Positions 1-14,979 of a stretch of 64,000 bases of DNA are shown here, piece after piece. The DNA lies in assembly GCA_951406725.2 (NCBI GenBank), contig OX597817.1:130510001-130574000 (forward strand). The letters are read 5' to 3'. Origin of the DNA: Octopus vulgaris (Eukaryota). How positions within the stretch are numbered: position 1 is the stretch's first letter; every line of letters starts with the position of its first letter. The notes under the pieces are model-generated. The model searched no databases and was not told the DNA's origin. It was given only the letters and a program-made list of their open reading frames with translations. Made by a program: the position numbers and the translations under genes.

Positions 1-639
1 GGTAGTTTTTTTGTGTGTGCATGTGTTAATGTCTGGAGATTTTGTTGTAGGAGGAGTTAACTCTATAATAGGACTAAACATAGCGTGGTGTATTAAAACA
101 GTATCATTAAGTTTGTGGCATTCAACTGTAGCATTACAGCCTTCAATTGTACCCCAACATGAAGCTTCTGACCATCCTCTCTGTCTGCCCAGTCAAAAAT
201 TGTTCTTCACTCAACTGACTTTTGAACAAATTTAGAATATTTGGTTGTAGTCACCAGAAGCTAATTACCAGCATTCAACAGGATTTAACACACATACATA
301 GATTCACACGTACATACATTGAGGTGAATATATGTGTTCATGCATACATGAATATGTACTTAGATCACTCATACATACACACACAAACATATACACATAT
401 GCAAGTATACACACATGTACACACATACTGAAAAAATAACCTTAACATATGCTCATACATGTATAAACGCTGATGATATATATATATATGTGTGTGTGTA
501 TGTATAATATATATATATAATTATTTCTAAATCTCTCTAAAGGACACAAGTGTGAGTGTCACATAGCTAGCTAGGGGTGATGGCCTCTTGGAGCTAATCA
601 ACGACAGCATTTTTCTGGACTGCCTTGTTAGCTTGGGGA

Positions 640-681
<42 letters not shown>

Positions 682-1419
682 ACATCTAGCCAAGTGTCAA
701 ACAGAAATATCTGTGAATGTTTACTGCTAACTGGTTTTATCTGCTATCTCCCCTAAGGGTTTGGGAATGCTGTGGGTTAAATAAGAGTGTGTATGTGTGT
801 GGTAGACGCTAGGATAGTCTATTTAAAGTGTTAAATTCTTTCCCTGCCCCCATGTCCCCTGTGACCCATGCTGTGTTTTAAAATTATACACTCACTAGTT
901 TCGCTTGATGTAGTATACATACCTGATGCCTAGCATCAACCAGGGAATCAGTCAGCTTCTCATAAAACATCACATATTTGCTTGATTACAATCTGTTGTT
1001 TAACTCCTTTTAGCCTTTATTCAATTGACTGATGACCAGAGTCTCTCTAGCCATTGCCATCAGGTTTCATATATAATCTTTTCCTCGTTTCACTCATGAG
1101 ACTGTGGCCATGCTGGGGCACCACCTTGAAGAATTTTAATCTATCGGATCAACCTCAGTGCTTATTTATTATTTTTTTTTAAGCCTTGTAATTATTATAT
1201 TGGTCTCTTGCTGGTCTGCCAAGTTACAAGGATGTAAACACACCAATGCTGGTTGTCAAGGGATGGTGGGGGATAAACGTGCATGCACACACACTCACAC
1301 TCCAACCAAATTGTCTTAAAACCACATCTTATTGTCTGACCCATGCGAAAATGGAAAATTGGACATTTAAAACAATGATGATATGAAGACCTGCATTATC
1401 TAATATGTCCATTCTTTCA

Positions 1420-1649
1420 TTAACCCTTTTGTTACCATATTTCTGTTGAGATGCTCTGTGTTTCTTTCAGTTAATTTTAAATATAACAAAGAATTTAATA
1501 AAATAACTTGGTTATCATTAAGCTAGTGATAGGGACATAAATTGTGACTAAGGTTTGGTGGAAGATTTTAATTCAGAACTTTTGAAAGCAAGACATTTGT
1601 ACTACAGAGCCAGAGGAGGTTTCAGCTGAGTTGGCATTGAAAGGGTTAA
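1420..1649. mobile_element. TTAA-flanked MITE (piggyBac-type ends), family G
   Basis: TTAA-CCCTTT ... AAAGGG-TTAA. Relatives at 17379-17605, 22983-23177 and ~48505-48650. Confidence 0.88.
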
Positions 1650-1915
1650 GGCAGTAAGATGTGGTTTTTGGACAATTTGGCTGGTGTGTCTTCCAAGTTT
1701 AACAACAATATCAAACCTTCCCTATTCACTCATTCAGATATTTGTCTAAATTTATAAGTGGCCATTGATATTATTGTTGCTGTGATCTAATATTTCTTGG
1801 TTTATGTAGATATGTGACAAGAAAATAATCAGTTAACTCTTTGTGACCATGTTTCTTAGAAAAGTACATTATTCCTTTGTGTTTTAATTTTTCAAAATAA
1901 ATAGGAATTATGAGA

Positions 1916-2253
1916 AGATATGGCTGTGTGGTTTAGAAGCTCCTTTTGCAACCATGTGGTTTTGGGGTTCAGTCCCACTGTGTAACATTTTGGGCAAGTG
2001 TCTTCTGCTATGGCCCCAGGCCAACCAATGCCTTGTGAGTGGATTAGATAGACAGAAACTGTGCGGAAGTCCATTGTATGTGTGTGTGTGTGTGTGTAAA
2101 ATACAGGAGGATCGGCTAATTCTGATTTATTCAACATATTCCCTCTCAGATAAGTACCAGGCTTAAAACAGAAATACTGTGGTTGACTGACCCTATCAAG
2201 GCTGTGTCCTAATATGGTCACACTCCAGTGGCTAAAACAAATAAAGGATAAAT
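1916..2253 (+). mobile_element. SINE family A copy
   Basis: Same head, core and tail as 52826-53393. Other copies or fragments near 1085-1290(-), 10940-11180(-), 14095-14235(+), 38765-38945(-), 43325-43530(-), 46105-46405(+). Confidence 0.87.
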
Positions 2254-4685
2254 AATATAATTAACTTTAATTAATACAAATTTAAAATATTCTTTTCTAC
2301 TCTAGGCACAAAGCCCAAAATTTTGGGGAGTGGGCCAGTCAATTAGTTCGACTCCAGAATGCAACTGGTACTTAATTTATTGACTCTGAAAGGAATGAAA
2401 GGCAAAGTTGACTTTGAACTCCAAATGTACAGACAGATGAAATTTTGCTCAGCATTTCACCTGGCATGCTAACGTTTCTGCCAGCTCACCACCTTAGGAA
2501 TTTTAAATATTGAAATGCTGCACTGTATATCATGTAATAATGATATTGCAGTCACAGATTTAACTTTAAATATTAAGACTTTTATAGAAGTAGTTTCAGG
2601 TGAGATGGTGTTATCTGTATTAAAAGAATTGTTCATTTAATATTCTTAGTGATGATGCAGCAGTAGTTTTGATTCACCAGTTAGATGCATATCATTATAA
2701 TTAACTGTTTCCTCTCTTAGAATGTATAAACTTGTACACTTACACTTATATTTAGTTTATCAAGTTAGTTGATACCAATGTGCAATGACAAACCAACATC
2801 AACTGTCAGTAGGGTGGACAAACATAAAGACACACACAAGTGCACATGCATATCATCATTTCAACATCTTGTCCATGTTTGCATGAGATGGGCGAAGTTT
2901 ATTGAGGTTGATTTTCTACAACTGGATACCCTTCCTGTTGCTAACCCTCACCTGTTCCCAGGCAAAATAATATTTCCCTATGGCCAGATGTATTCTCGCA
3001 GAATAATGGAAATGAATGACCCTGCTTATACACATACACACAAACTGTTTTCAGTTTTCATCTACCAGATCCACTCACAAAGCTTTGGTTAGCCTGCAGA
3101 ACCCAGAACCATGTGGTTCGGAAACAAACTTCTTACCACACAACCACACTTACGTCCACCACATAGCTATGCCTTCTCATATACCTTTATTTTGAATTTG
3201 GTTGATGATGTGTATTGCATCTGAAAGTTAATCTTTATAGATAATTAATCTACCTATTCTGTCACTTCACTTTAATGTCCTAACCATGGCAACCTCATCA
3301 TATTGTCTAACCATGGCAATCTTATATTGTCTAACCATGGCAGTCTTATCATATAGTATGCAGTGTGTGTAGAGGAAAGGTAACCATGGTGTTGGTTGCC
3401 AGGTTTTAGATGCTTGTGTGTTTCTTTTTTCGTTTATAAGAATAATCAATTTTGCTGAAATATTTTAAGGATTTAGGAGGTGGAAGCGATGATGTGAGAG
3501 AAATAAGGAGCAAGTTAGACAAGCACAAGTTGAGTGTCAACCTTGCTTTCTTAAACAAACATACACATACATTTAAATACAGTAACACTAACCTTGCTGT
3601 AAAAGTGTTTGGAAATGTCACGTGTTAAGACATTTTCTCTTTTGTCGCAAACTTGTCTTGTGTCCCAGTTTAACAGTGATGTTGCCCACAGCAGAGCACA
3701 TTTACTCTCTCTCTCTCTTTCACACACACACACATTGCCATCATGTCCTACCACACCATAAATACTTAGGTTTAAAATACTTTGACATTTATGATTGAAA
3801 TTATTTCTTTTTAGGCTTCTAAATATAAATACATGTGTATGTGCCTATATATTTTATTCTTCTGAGACATGAGAGAACTGCGTCATTTATTTGAGTTACT
3901 GGGGTCTGCTGTGGAAGCAGCAAAGTTTATGTAAATTCTTTAGACTAAATTTAGTTCTTCCCTTCATTTTCTTATTTTTTAATCAGCTTTTAATCAGATC
4001 TTTTTTTATTGTATACTTGTTTTCCTGCTTGAAAATTTGGTAAACTTACAGTAAGTTGCCGAGGAAGCCAGAGAAATGCAAAAATACTTCTAGAGTTGTC
4101 ACCCATCCTCTCTGAAAAATATAAGATCTTAAGTTATTGACCCTTTTAATTTTCTCACCATAGATTTATTTCTAGTGTAGATTGTTGCCACTCCTTACAT
4201 TGCCTATACTAATACCAATAACTGATAGTTTATATTTTAGTATGAAGAGGTAGAGTAAAGCTTATATTCATTTTTAGACCTTCCTGCAGTGGAGATTCAG
4301 ATGTGCAGGTCAGATCTAATCCGAGATGAGGACAGGAATAGGAGAATGAGATTGGAGCAATTAACATTTGGGTCTTATTGTAGCAGATTAGAAACTGAGA
4401 AATAGAGTATAGATACAGAAGAAAGTCCTGAAGATACAGCTGTTGGGAAAGATACAGTCTGGAAAGTGGGAAGAAATGGAGTAACTGTATCAAATGAGTT
4501 TAGATTGGTATGCATGTAGATACAGCAACTTCTGAGGAACTGAATGAAACCATTGAAGTAGTTGTCAAGGACACTGAGGATACAGATTAACATGGCAAAG
4601 ATGCTTAGAAGTAGTATAGAATTTGTCATGTTTTGATCAGAGTGTAAATTAAAGCATGTAGAGTAAGAAGTTTTGTGTTCTAAAA

Positions 4686-4994
4686 CAGCTGTCCCAACAT
4701 TTTTCGCACTATGAACCAATTTCATTCAAGACAATTTTTCAATGGATTGTAGGGGGTCACCTGCATGACGAAAAAAAATTTTATCGATGCATGAAAAAAA
4801 AATGTGACTTAGATAAGTGTGAGAAAGAGGCAAAGGCTCACGTGATAATTTTTCAAAATAAAAGATCCTGCAGACTGCAATAGTAAATAAAGTTTATTTA
4901 CAATATGCTATAGTAAATACATTTTTTTGATTTATTCTTTCTGTGTGGCTCATGTACTGGTACTGGTCGGTGACCCAGTGATTAAGGACTCCTG
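4686..4994. mobile_element. hAT (Charlie-like) non-autonomous element
   Basis: Ends CAGCTGTCCCAAC / TTAAGGACTCCTG; 8-bp TSD TTCTAAAA / TTATAAAA. Confidence 0.75.
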
Positions 4995-7900
4995 TTATAA
5001 AATACACCATAAATTACTATTTCACCACAAACATTTCAGTTTTATATGTAGTTTTTCACATCAGTACTGATGAGAAAACTTTATCTTATTGTTGGTTCCT
5101 ACTATTAGACACTGAAATGAAATCTATTTTCTGAGAAATAGACGTAACAGCAGAATAAAATCTTTTTCAAAAGACTGTTGTAAGGTTTAAATACTTGACT
5201 TTCTGGTCAGTGTTGCAGTATCTTTTAGCTCACAACTACTGAGTCACACAAAAAACAATACCAACTGTACTAATGGAAGCAATTACAAGAAATTTGAACT
5301 CCAATCTCTTTATTTCTCATTTATCTTAACACAGTATCTGAGTTTTTATTGTAGATATAAATAGGCCTGAAAACTCTTCTGGTATCTTTACTTGAAACAA
5401 ATTTGGAACCAGCATCTAGTCATAAATGCTTTTCTTTTCATGTGAAACAATGCCAGTCAACAAATAATATTCAATTGGTCTGAAAGGCTACAAATCCAAA
5501 TATTTATATGAAAAGACTCGGCATTGTTGTGCTGTTAGTTGTTACAAGCTGATACATTTTGTATGAATTCACCAATCAGTCCTCGGTTGTTGTTTTGTTT
5601 TCTTTCTACCATTGTAAAGAAATCAAACAGTTAAATGGTTTCTATTTGTTAATTATGTATGGTCAGGGAGTCTCTGTGCAGCTGTGTATGTAATTCTGCC
5701 TTATACTCTTTATACTGTGTGTAACACACACCTCCTTATTCTCTCAAATACACATATGCATACTTATACCTACACACTAACACACTGTCTGTCTGTCTCC
5801 CCGTCTCTCTCTCTCATAAGAATCATTAATTTGAATAGAAGCTGATGAGTGCAGCTCATTTGATACATACATATATATATATATATATATGAATAAAAGC
5901 CAACAGGCAGCTTTTGTTTCTCTGCACTGGTCACTATTCACAGTGAAACTTAACCTAACCCTTTTTAATAGCAAGTCACATCAGGCCACCTGTATAAAAA
6001 TATTCATATTTAAACAAGGGATCTCAAACAAAATCTAACGTAAATGTTAAATATGAAATTTCATTTAAGCAATATGAACATAGTATATATCATTTGAGAT
6101 ACTTTAGTAAGCATCTCAAAAATTTTTATTATATTGGAAATTAAGTGAAATACATTGGCATTAGAAATGTAGCCAGTCATAAGTAGATTAATGAGCAACA
6201 AAGTTGAGTCTCCCACTCCCATGGTATATGCGTTTCTTGTTTTTTTTTTCATTGTCTGCATATTCACTCAACGATAAACTGAGAAAATGCCAGGATAGGA
6301 GATGCTAAGCTCATGTGAGAGCTTGTATGTTGTTTTTCACCTTGTTAGAAATAGCAACCAAATCTCCATTATCTTAATTCCACTATCTTAATTTTGGGTA
6401 GCACACATACAAAGAAAATAGAGTGATGGGTGGATAATAGCTTTTGATCATGGATCTGCTTGATAGGATCGACCTGGGGCTAGACACTATTAGCACACTT
6501 AGACATGTTCAGTGATTTTACAGACTCTGAATTGTTTTCATTTGAGGGTCCCTCAGCTTTTTGGTTGTAGGGTAACATATTGAGGAAATCAATCTTGTTG
6601 TCCTTATCTCAGTTGATAAAAGAAATGCTGGTGGGAAGCTTGCCTTTTGGAAAATAGGAACATATTCTTTAGTTTCTGAATTTCAGTATTTAGCTCTTTA
6701 ATTTAGTGTTCATATGAATTAAGACACCAAAGCCATTAATCCAATATCCTATTCATTGTTGTTGTGTGGGCTTCGGGGCAGGGTCTGTTCAGGAGTGGTA
6801 TGTTGTAGTGGCCCATCCACAATGGTACAGAGAAAACTTGGCTTACTGTTAAGATCTTCAGTGGTATGTGAGCAGAGGGAAAGAAAATATAAAGAAATTT
6901 ATTGCAAGTGTAGAGTGAGCTTCTGAAGCCATCAAAATTGATACCATTTCTAAAGGGGGTAGTGTGGTCAGCTGGTGCATAAAGAAAGGTAAAAAAATTA
7001 TTTCCTTTTTCTTTTCAACCAGATAAAGATTTTTAAGAGTGTGTGAGGGGATAGTTTGGACTCCTCTGTTTATTATGAACAATGAGATTTTATTAAATTT
7101 CTTCTCACTTTAAAACTTACAAAGTATTTTTGTGTAGCATTGTGGTTTCTGTTCTTGGTTCTTTAATGTCAGGGAAACTTAGGATGGGAACACAAGCCAG
7201 TTGTGTGTGTGCGTGTGTGCATGCGCACACACGTGTTTGTATATTTTACATCCTTTCCCTCACCCCATTCAAGGATAGTTTTCTTTTTTTTATTTGGACA
7301 CTTGCATATTGGTTGGAGTAACTATTTTCACAGCTGGGTGTCCTTGCCATTAACCAACTCAACCATGAAATGAAGATGCCATCTATTTCTGTCAGTTAAT
7401 GGCAGAACATAAAAATGTGGTTTGTCTTTCAGCACTTATTGATAATCTCTAATTGCAGAAAATATAAATCACTTACAGTTTCAAAGGTCACCCTAATTTA
7501 AAGTTGAGAAGAAATTACTGTCAGATATTAATGCCTTTTTCAAAGGGTCATTTGCAAAACATTAGAAAAGTGAAACCTGAACTGGAAACTGGATGTCAGG
7601 AAATGTAGGGCTTCAGATGTATAGAGAAATAAAAATGAAAAACATACATGCCTTTCTCAAATATTTTAAAATAGTATTGTTGAAGTAAGATGAATGTAAC
7701 TTCTGAACTAGCTAGTTATCTATCACCTCCACCTAGCCCCAGCTATTACACCTGTCTTTTCTCCTCTCATCAACTGCACTTTAAATTGCATCATCTCACC
7801 CCAGATTACCTTCTGTACTTACCTTACCTCCCTAGAGCATCAGCCATTTGGAATGAGTATTGGTAAGCCTCTTGTGAGCATGCTCAATGACTGTCTTCAG

Positions 7901-8642
7901 TTCCGAATTGTAAATGTTTCACCTCACAATGTCTTGAAAATCACATATCATCATTTTATCATATCCTAGAAACTTATGGGTTTTGTGCCTGTGAAACAGT
8001 GAAAAGATGTGAATAATGCCTTGTTGGATGAGAGATGTAGCAGGGATTGTAAATCAGCTGTACAGAATGGTAGTATCTGTATAGAGTTACATGGTCCAGA
8101 AGAGCATCAGCACAAATACGTTCAGCTGTTTTTCTACTATTTAGCTAGATTATCTCCATAGAAGTTAGAGTTGATAAATTAGTCATCTCTAATATAGACG
8201 TGTTGTCTCTTGACCAGATACTATTTTATTTTATTATTATCCCTGCTTGCCACATGGAAGACCAGGATTCAATTCCTCCCACAAGTGAGCATTGGCATCC
8301 GGGAGGGCTTCCAGCCATAGAAAGTCTGCTTCAATAAATTCCGTCTGACCCATGCAAGTAAGGAAAAGTGGATGTTAAAACGATGATAATGGGGATGAGG
8401 ATGATGATCTGCTTTAACATGGTTCATATGTGATTAAGCAACAAGCTGTTATAAGAAATAACACTGAGAATCATTTAACCAAACTAAAGAGCTGGTATGA
8501 GCTCTATTCTCAGTTCTTTAACAAGCGTAATCAAAAGAAGCATGCAGGCAGGTAGGAGTGCATGTGTCACTTCAAAGTTTAGTCTATAGAAGAGTATTTA
8601 TATACCATGTAGTATGTGTGTGTGTGTATATATATATATATA

Positions 8643-9812
8643 TTGGGTCATCTCATAAATAATGCAGTTTTTTCAATTGCATGAACTAAAAGTCAGACAG
8701 GGATGGGATAAACTACCTGCATCAACTTGCTATTTATTCTTAGTACAAGTTTTAAAGAGTGCTGTTCGATTTTAAGTTATTTTTTCAAAGCTATAATGGA
8801 AGTGGAAAAGGAGCATATTCGGTATATTTTGCTTTATGAGTTCAATAAAGACAACAGTGCAATGGAAATTGTGAGGAATATTAATGCAGTATATGGGGTT
8901 CAAACAATAAACACAAGCCAGTGTCAATGGTGGTTCCAGAAATTCCAAGCCAGAAACTACAGCCTACAAGAAGAGCCTTGTCCTGGAACATCTGTAGAGC
9001 TCGATGAGGTCATGTTGCAAATGGTGAAACAAAATTCCATCATAACTGTTGAACTAGCAGAGAAGCTTGGATTTGGTCATTCAACCATTCATCAACACTT
9101 GCGTGCCATCAGAAAAGTCAGTAAATTGGGTCAGTGGGTTCCTTACAAACTTTCCGAGTCTAATCGTGTGCAGAGAATGTGTGCTCTTCTTTGCTGCCAC
9201 ATCTCACGAATGAATCTTCTTTGGACTGCATAGTAACTGGTGATGAGAAACAGGTTCTCTATAAAAATGTTAAGCACCAAAGACAGTGGTTTGGGAAAGG
9301 AGAAATACCAGCACCCCACGCTAAATAAGATCTTCACCCACATAAGGTGTTGTTATCTGTTTGGTGGGATATGAAAGGTTTAGTCCACTTTGAACTTTTA
9401 AACCTAAACCAAAGAATAACAAAGGAGATCTACAGTGAGCAGCTTGAGTGGCTTAGTCCATGCCAGAAGAAAAATGACCATCTTTGGTTTCAAGACGAAA
9501 GGTGTTCTTCCATCAGGATAATGCTCAGCCATATACAGTGAGGTTGGAGCAGTTTGAATAGGAAACGATACCCTGCCTACCATATTCACCAGACATTGCT
9601 CCATCTGATTATAATTAATAATGCAGTCTTCAAAATCATTTGGACAGATAAAATATGAATTCTGTAGATAAGGTTAGAACAGTATCGTAGGAGGATTTTT
9701 TGTCACAGACAAGTGAATGAAGAAGAATATATTTTAGATTAAAAAAGAACTTTATCGTAATTTTGAAAAATAAAAGAAGTATAAAAAACCTCATTATTTA
9801 TGGGATGATCCG
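8643..9812 (+). mobile_element. Decayed mariner (DD34D-type) DNA transposon
   Basis: ~30-bp TIRs TTGGGTCATCTCATAAATAATGCAGTTTTT / AAAAAACCTCATTATTTATGGGATGATCCGA; inserted in a TA/TG microsatellite. Confidence 0.93.
8796..9740 (+). pseudogene. Mariner transposase pseudogene
   Basis: MEVEKEHIRYILLYEF, WFQKF, WVPYKL (WVPHEL), TGDEK, VWWDMKG, HQDNAQP, PYSPDIAPSDY. Contains frameshifts, stops and small deletions. Confidence 0.93.
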
Positions 9813-10532
9813 ATGTGTGTGTGTATATGTGTGTGTGTGTGCATGTGTCTGCATATATGTGTATATGTGTATATGCGTGTGTGTGTGTGTATATGTATTT
9901 GCATGTGTATGTGTGTGTGTATACATAGATACACATCTACACTCATGCATTTTCTGTGTAAACGTATTCCTATTGTCGTGTATATTTCACCTATTCCTTT
10001 TGTCATGTGTATTTTAACTATTTCTGAGAAATGTTCAGGTCACAAGGAACTGATTATATAGAAGTGTAGTGTCATTTGAAACTAGAGCTGGCTGCATTGC
10101 ATTTGTAATATGGTACTGATATGCATGTAGAAAGGCATGCATATGCACACACACGACAACAAATGGCAGAATATAGACTAGTATTTCTTACTCTTTTGTA
10201 AGTTCAACACCCCTTTAATGACAAGTTAACACACTTTCTCAGAATTTTCAGTATTGATATTCAAACACAGGCACCATTTAATTTGAATTTTCAGTACACC
10301 TATTAGTACTAGCAACACGGCTTCAGAAACCCTAATGCATACACAACACATGCACACACTATGTGGGTGGTTTATATATATACATGTCTACACCAGTCTT
10401 CCAGCTACTTATACATGCATGCACACACACAATTTATTTTTATGTGAACCTATGAGTCAACAAGGTCTTAAAAAAATTGTTTGATCTTTCACCACTCACT
10501 TTTCCTACCTTTGTCTTTTTATCTCGCTATTC

Positions 10533-10578
<46 letters not shown>

Positions 10579-10694
10579 TTCTTTCTCTCTCTTTCTATCT
10601 CTCTCTCTCTTTCTCTCTCCCTCTCTCGTTTTGTCAACCAATTTTGTACACACACTCAAAACAATCACAAATGTGTGTGTATGCACACACACAT

Positions 10695-10909
10695 GAGGGG
10701 TTGCTGAAAATTTCATGGCTTTAAAGGTATCATGAAAGGCCTGGCTGGAAGCCCAACCTTCTGAGTTCTTTTACAGGGCTTAGGGAAACTGAAGGACTGC
10801 TGCAATAAGTGTGTGAATCTGAGAGGGGAATATGTTAAATAAAATCATAATTAACTGATCCCACTGTATTTTCTTTTGCCCAAAGCCAGGAAATTTTCAG
10901 CACCCCTTT
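10695..10909 (+). mobile_element. Mariner-derived MITE (internal deletion derivative)
   Basis: ~28-bp TIRs GAGGGGTTGCTGAAAATTTCATGGCTTT / AAAGCCAGGAAATTTTCAGCACCCCTT; retains the transposase C-terminus KCVNLRGEYVK*. Confidence 0.85.
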
Positions 10910-11194
10910 GTGTGTATATATACACTCACACAGAGACAACAGGCTTATTTCAGTCTCCATCTACAAAATCCAATTACAAGGCTTTGGGTGACCCAAGGTA
11001 AAGTAGACCTGGTGTAAAATATTTATATAGTCATTTTACATTGTCCTTTCATGCTAGCATGGGTTGGACCCAAGCTATAATAGAAGCCAATTGTCCAGGG
11101 GGTTACACAGTGTAAGATTGAACCTGGAACTACTAGGGTGTTTAACTGAACTTCTTAACTACATAACCATACCAGTACATATGCATATCATACA

Positions 11195-12397
11195 CATGGT
11201 GTGTAAGGCGTTTGAGGACATTGGTGCATCTTTTGCTAACTCTGTATAATCTTTGTTTCAGAAAATAATAATGGCACACCCTCAGCTTACTCAAGAAATG
11301 AAATGGCATGCTGTTGTGATTATAAAGGCTGAGCATAGTGATTTAGAAATATCTCTATTTTTAAAAGTTGCCAGATCTTTCATCTACAGAGTTTGTAATG
11401 AGCTAGAGACTGAAGAAAGGAATGTATCACCAGTATTAAGGTATAAAAAGCACTCTAGATGCTCTGAAATCATCAGAACACTTAAATTTATCCAGCAAGT
11501 TCAACAGACCATTGATTACAATCCCATAAAGTCCATGAGGTCAATTGCAAAAGATCACCATGTGTCAGAAGGAACAATCAGAAATGTTGTCCACGAAGAC
11601 ATCAGTTAAAAGTCTTATACGATGAGGAAAGGTTAATTTGTCAGAAAAAGCAAAAGAAAATCACTAAAAGGCTCTTAAGCAAATTGAAAAATCCAACAGA
11701 AAATTTGATTTGGTTTTTCTCAAACGAGAAAAACTTCAACCAAGATCAAAAAGTTAGAAGAGATAACAGATGGTTATGTGTAGACCCTTCTGAAGTTCCA
11801 AATGTTATGCATACAAAATTTCTTGCAACTGTCATAGTTTTAGGAGTTGTCAGCAATGAAGGACATGTAATGTCTCCTTACTTCTTTCCACAAGGCCTTA
11901 GAGTTAACACTACCACCTACATTGAGGTCCTGGAAATAATTGTTAAGCCCTTGATAGACAGTGTATGCAATGGAAGGCCATATGTGTTTCAGCAAGACTC
12001 TGCACTATCACACATGGCTCTAGTAATACAGGAATGGATGGCTGATCACATAACCCCTAACATTTGGCCTCCTAATTCCTCAGATCTCAATCCATTGGAC
12101 TATACATGTGGAGCATTGTTGAGAGAGAGGTCAATGAACATGCTCATAACATCAAAGATTCTTTGAAAGCTGCCATAGTCAGAGTAATGTTCAAAATGAA
12201 CCAGGACCTCTTGATTTGAGCACGTAGATGATTTAGATCTCATATAGAAGCACTTGTTGAAGCTGAGGGTGGCTTTATTGAATAACATTATAGAAAAGGT
12301 TTATTTTTATTCTCATAGCATTTTTTGATAAATAAAGTTATCTGTTACTACATATGCTTTTTTCATAAATCTGTCCTCAAATATCTTATGCACCCTG
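11195..12397 (+). mobile_element. Decayed Tc1/mariner superfamily element, maT (DD37D)-like
   Basis: TIRs CATGGTGTGTAAGGCGTTTGAGGACA / TGTCCTCAAATATCTTATGCACCCTG followed by TA (CAGGGTG-type end). Confidence 0.9.
11271..12284 (+). pseudogene. maT-type transposase pseudogene
   Basis: ORFs 11253-11609 (HTH region SMRSIAKDHHVSEGTIRNVVHED) and 11684-12166 (WFFSNEKNF, FQQDSA, WPPNSSDLNPLDY); broken by stops and frameshifts. Confidence 0.9.
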
Positions 12398-14979
12398 TAC
12401 ATATGCAACAGGCTTCCATGTGGTTTTTAATAAATTTGACCCACAATGTATTGGTCAGCCTTATGCTACCAGATAAAACATTTGCTCAAGGTGTTATTGC
12501 AGGATAATTTTAACTGAGAAACAGTTGAGGCAATCATCTTAACAACTTGCCCATGCATGTGACAAGTAGTCTATTTCATGTAGCATCCCCTGTCCTGTTT
12601 CTGTTACTAATTTCGATCTACTCTTAATTCATTTCTTACACCCTCTACGGATTAATGTTCTCGTTGCACCACATCTGTCTATACATGATCTTCCATTGCT
12701 TTGTTTAGGAAATGTTTTCATTTCCATGACAGCTTGTGTCTTAATTACCAACACCCCTTGTGTCATCATGTCAGTTATTTTGTTCTTAGAAATAGGTTCT
12801 CAGTACAAATTAAATTTACTTTTTATATTCTTTTTTCTTTCCTTTTCTTATATACAAAGAAATTGCTTGTTTCATTCCTTAAGTATTTCCTATCATTGAA
12901 GATCTTAGATTTCCTAATCTTAATACATATTAGTGCTGCTTTTGTTTATGTAAATAGCTTAACTGAATCCTTGCACTGCTTGTGTTAATCTTCAGCCGAT
13001 TGTCAGCATTGTCTTTATGTATATATGTATGTATGTGTGTATGTATGTTCATTCATCTATAAACAAAATCTGGGGTCATGTCTTCCACTCTAGTAGATCT
13101 TTTACAAACACACTCTCTCTCTTTCTCTCCCTCCCTCTCTCTTTTCCCTATCTCTCTCTTTCTCTCCCTCTCCCCTCTCTCTCTCTCTTCAAGTCATAAA
13201 ACAAAAATGGCAGTGAATTATCTTAAAACCCTTTTCTTTGATATTATTTTTGAAGCTATCACTTTTTCATTCTTATATATTATTTTACTAGCGTTTTTTT
13301 CTGGAGAGAAGGATGATTTTTTTGGTTTTGTTTTTTGTCTATCTATGACTTTTTTCTCCATTAGCTTTTTTCCCCCCTTTGCTGTCACCTTCTTTGCCAT
13401 TGTCTTCTTAAACTCCTCCAATTGTTTTTTTCTTCCTCACTATTTTCATCTACTTTGTTTTCTCCTTCACTGCATAGCTAACATAACTTCTCAGTAAATG
13501 AACCATCTGTATGTATGGAGTGCCTGTCTGTATTTTGTTGCAGTATCAGATACTATCACATAAATACCTTTTCATAAGTCTATCCATGCTTAGGAATGTT
13601 GAATGCTCTCCTACTGTCTTCTCTCTTAACACTGCTGCATTTGTTATTGCTGCAGTCAATTGCCATGTCATGAAATACAGTGTCATCCTAAATATTTCCT
13701 GTAGCATATTCTGCTGTTGGCACTACACACAGTCATATATACAAGTTCATACATACATACATACATAATTGTATACATACTTACATGCATGCACATACAT
13801 ACATGCACATGCTTACAATATACATGTGCACAAACATATGTACAATATGTGCAGTTACGTTGATAACTGGTGTGGAAAAGATGACAATAGATAATTATAT
13901 AACTTTGTAAACCTATCAAACTTATGCTAGCTTGGAAAATAAAGTATAGATATCTAAAACCAATAATGATTATCATTATCATCATTCAAATAACTTTCTC
14001 TGGAGGAGTATGGGCAACGAATCTACTAGATTCACTTCTCTATAAATTTCCAGAGTCTTTAAAATAAACTATGGATCAAGTTTAGATGGGTCTGTCTATG
14101 TAGTTAAGATGTTCACTTTGCAACCACATGGTCCCTTGCACAAATGAATATCTCCTATCATAACAGCAGGCTGACCAATAGCTTGTCTATGAAGTTTTGT
14201 AGTCAGAAATTATGCCGATGTCTCGTGTGTGTGTATTTTTCATTGACAAATATTAGCAAGAAAATCCCTGAACTGGTGCTTTCAAACTAAAACACTTTTT
14301 AGGGTTTATTCCATAGACACTTCCTTGTCCTTTTCACCATCAGAAATATGAAACTAACGATTGATCCATTGGAAATCTGTAGCTAATGATGGTATTGTTC
14401 TTAAGTTTCGATATAACAATATTAAAAAAAAATCTATATGGGGTTAATTTCACTGACTGTCCTCCATCCCAATATGTTTGTCTTTGTCTGTAAGACACCA
14501 ACTTACTGCAGAGTATTGTACTTGTTTATTTCTGAACTTCTAAAGTGTACTGAAAGACCTCTAAAACTTAGTTTTTAAACTATGGGACATGACTCCCTAC
14601 AACATCTTCCACATGTGGGAAAAGATTATTTGATGTCATATTATTTGATGTCCTAGAACTTTCATGGAGACTACTGGAATTTGTTAGCTTTCTAATCAAA
14701 TGTAAACCGATGTGTTGAGTTGCTCTTTTATTTCAAAAGATATAACTTAGCCATTTAATAGTGATTGATAAGATAAGTATCATATATGATTTAGGCGACT
14801 GCTTACAGGTATGGTGCCCCAGCATGGCCACAGCCCAATGACAAACTATTCAAAAAAGTTAAAAAGTGAAGTAAACTGAACATGTAGAGGTAGGGGCTCC
14901 TTTTTTAAAGGGAGGGTTATTATGATGAAGATAAAAGAAAAAGAAAACTAAGATATTTAATTTTATATCAATGACTTGT

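Noticed and set aside
7740-8130. Two faint LINE C-terminal remnants (PRASAIWN on +; LYRYYH on -)
   Set aside because: The motifs are too short and decayed to support a call without an alignment.
13200-13510. Possible minus-strand exon with acidic/lysine-rich translation
   Set aside because: Stops and frameshifts occur in all frames, the sequence is low-complexity and purine-biased, and there is no clear donor site.
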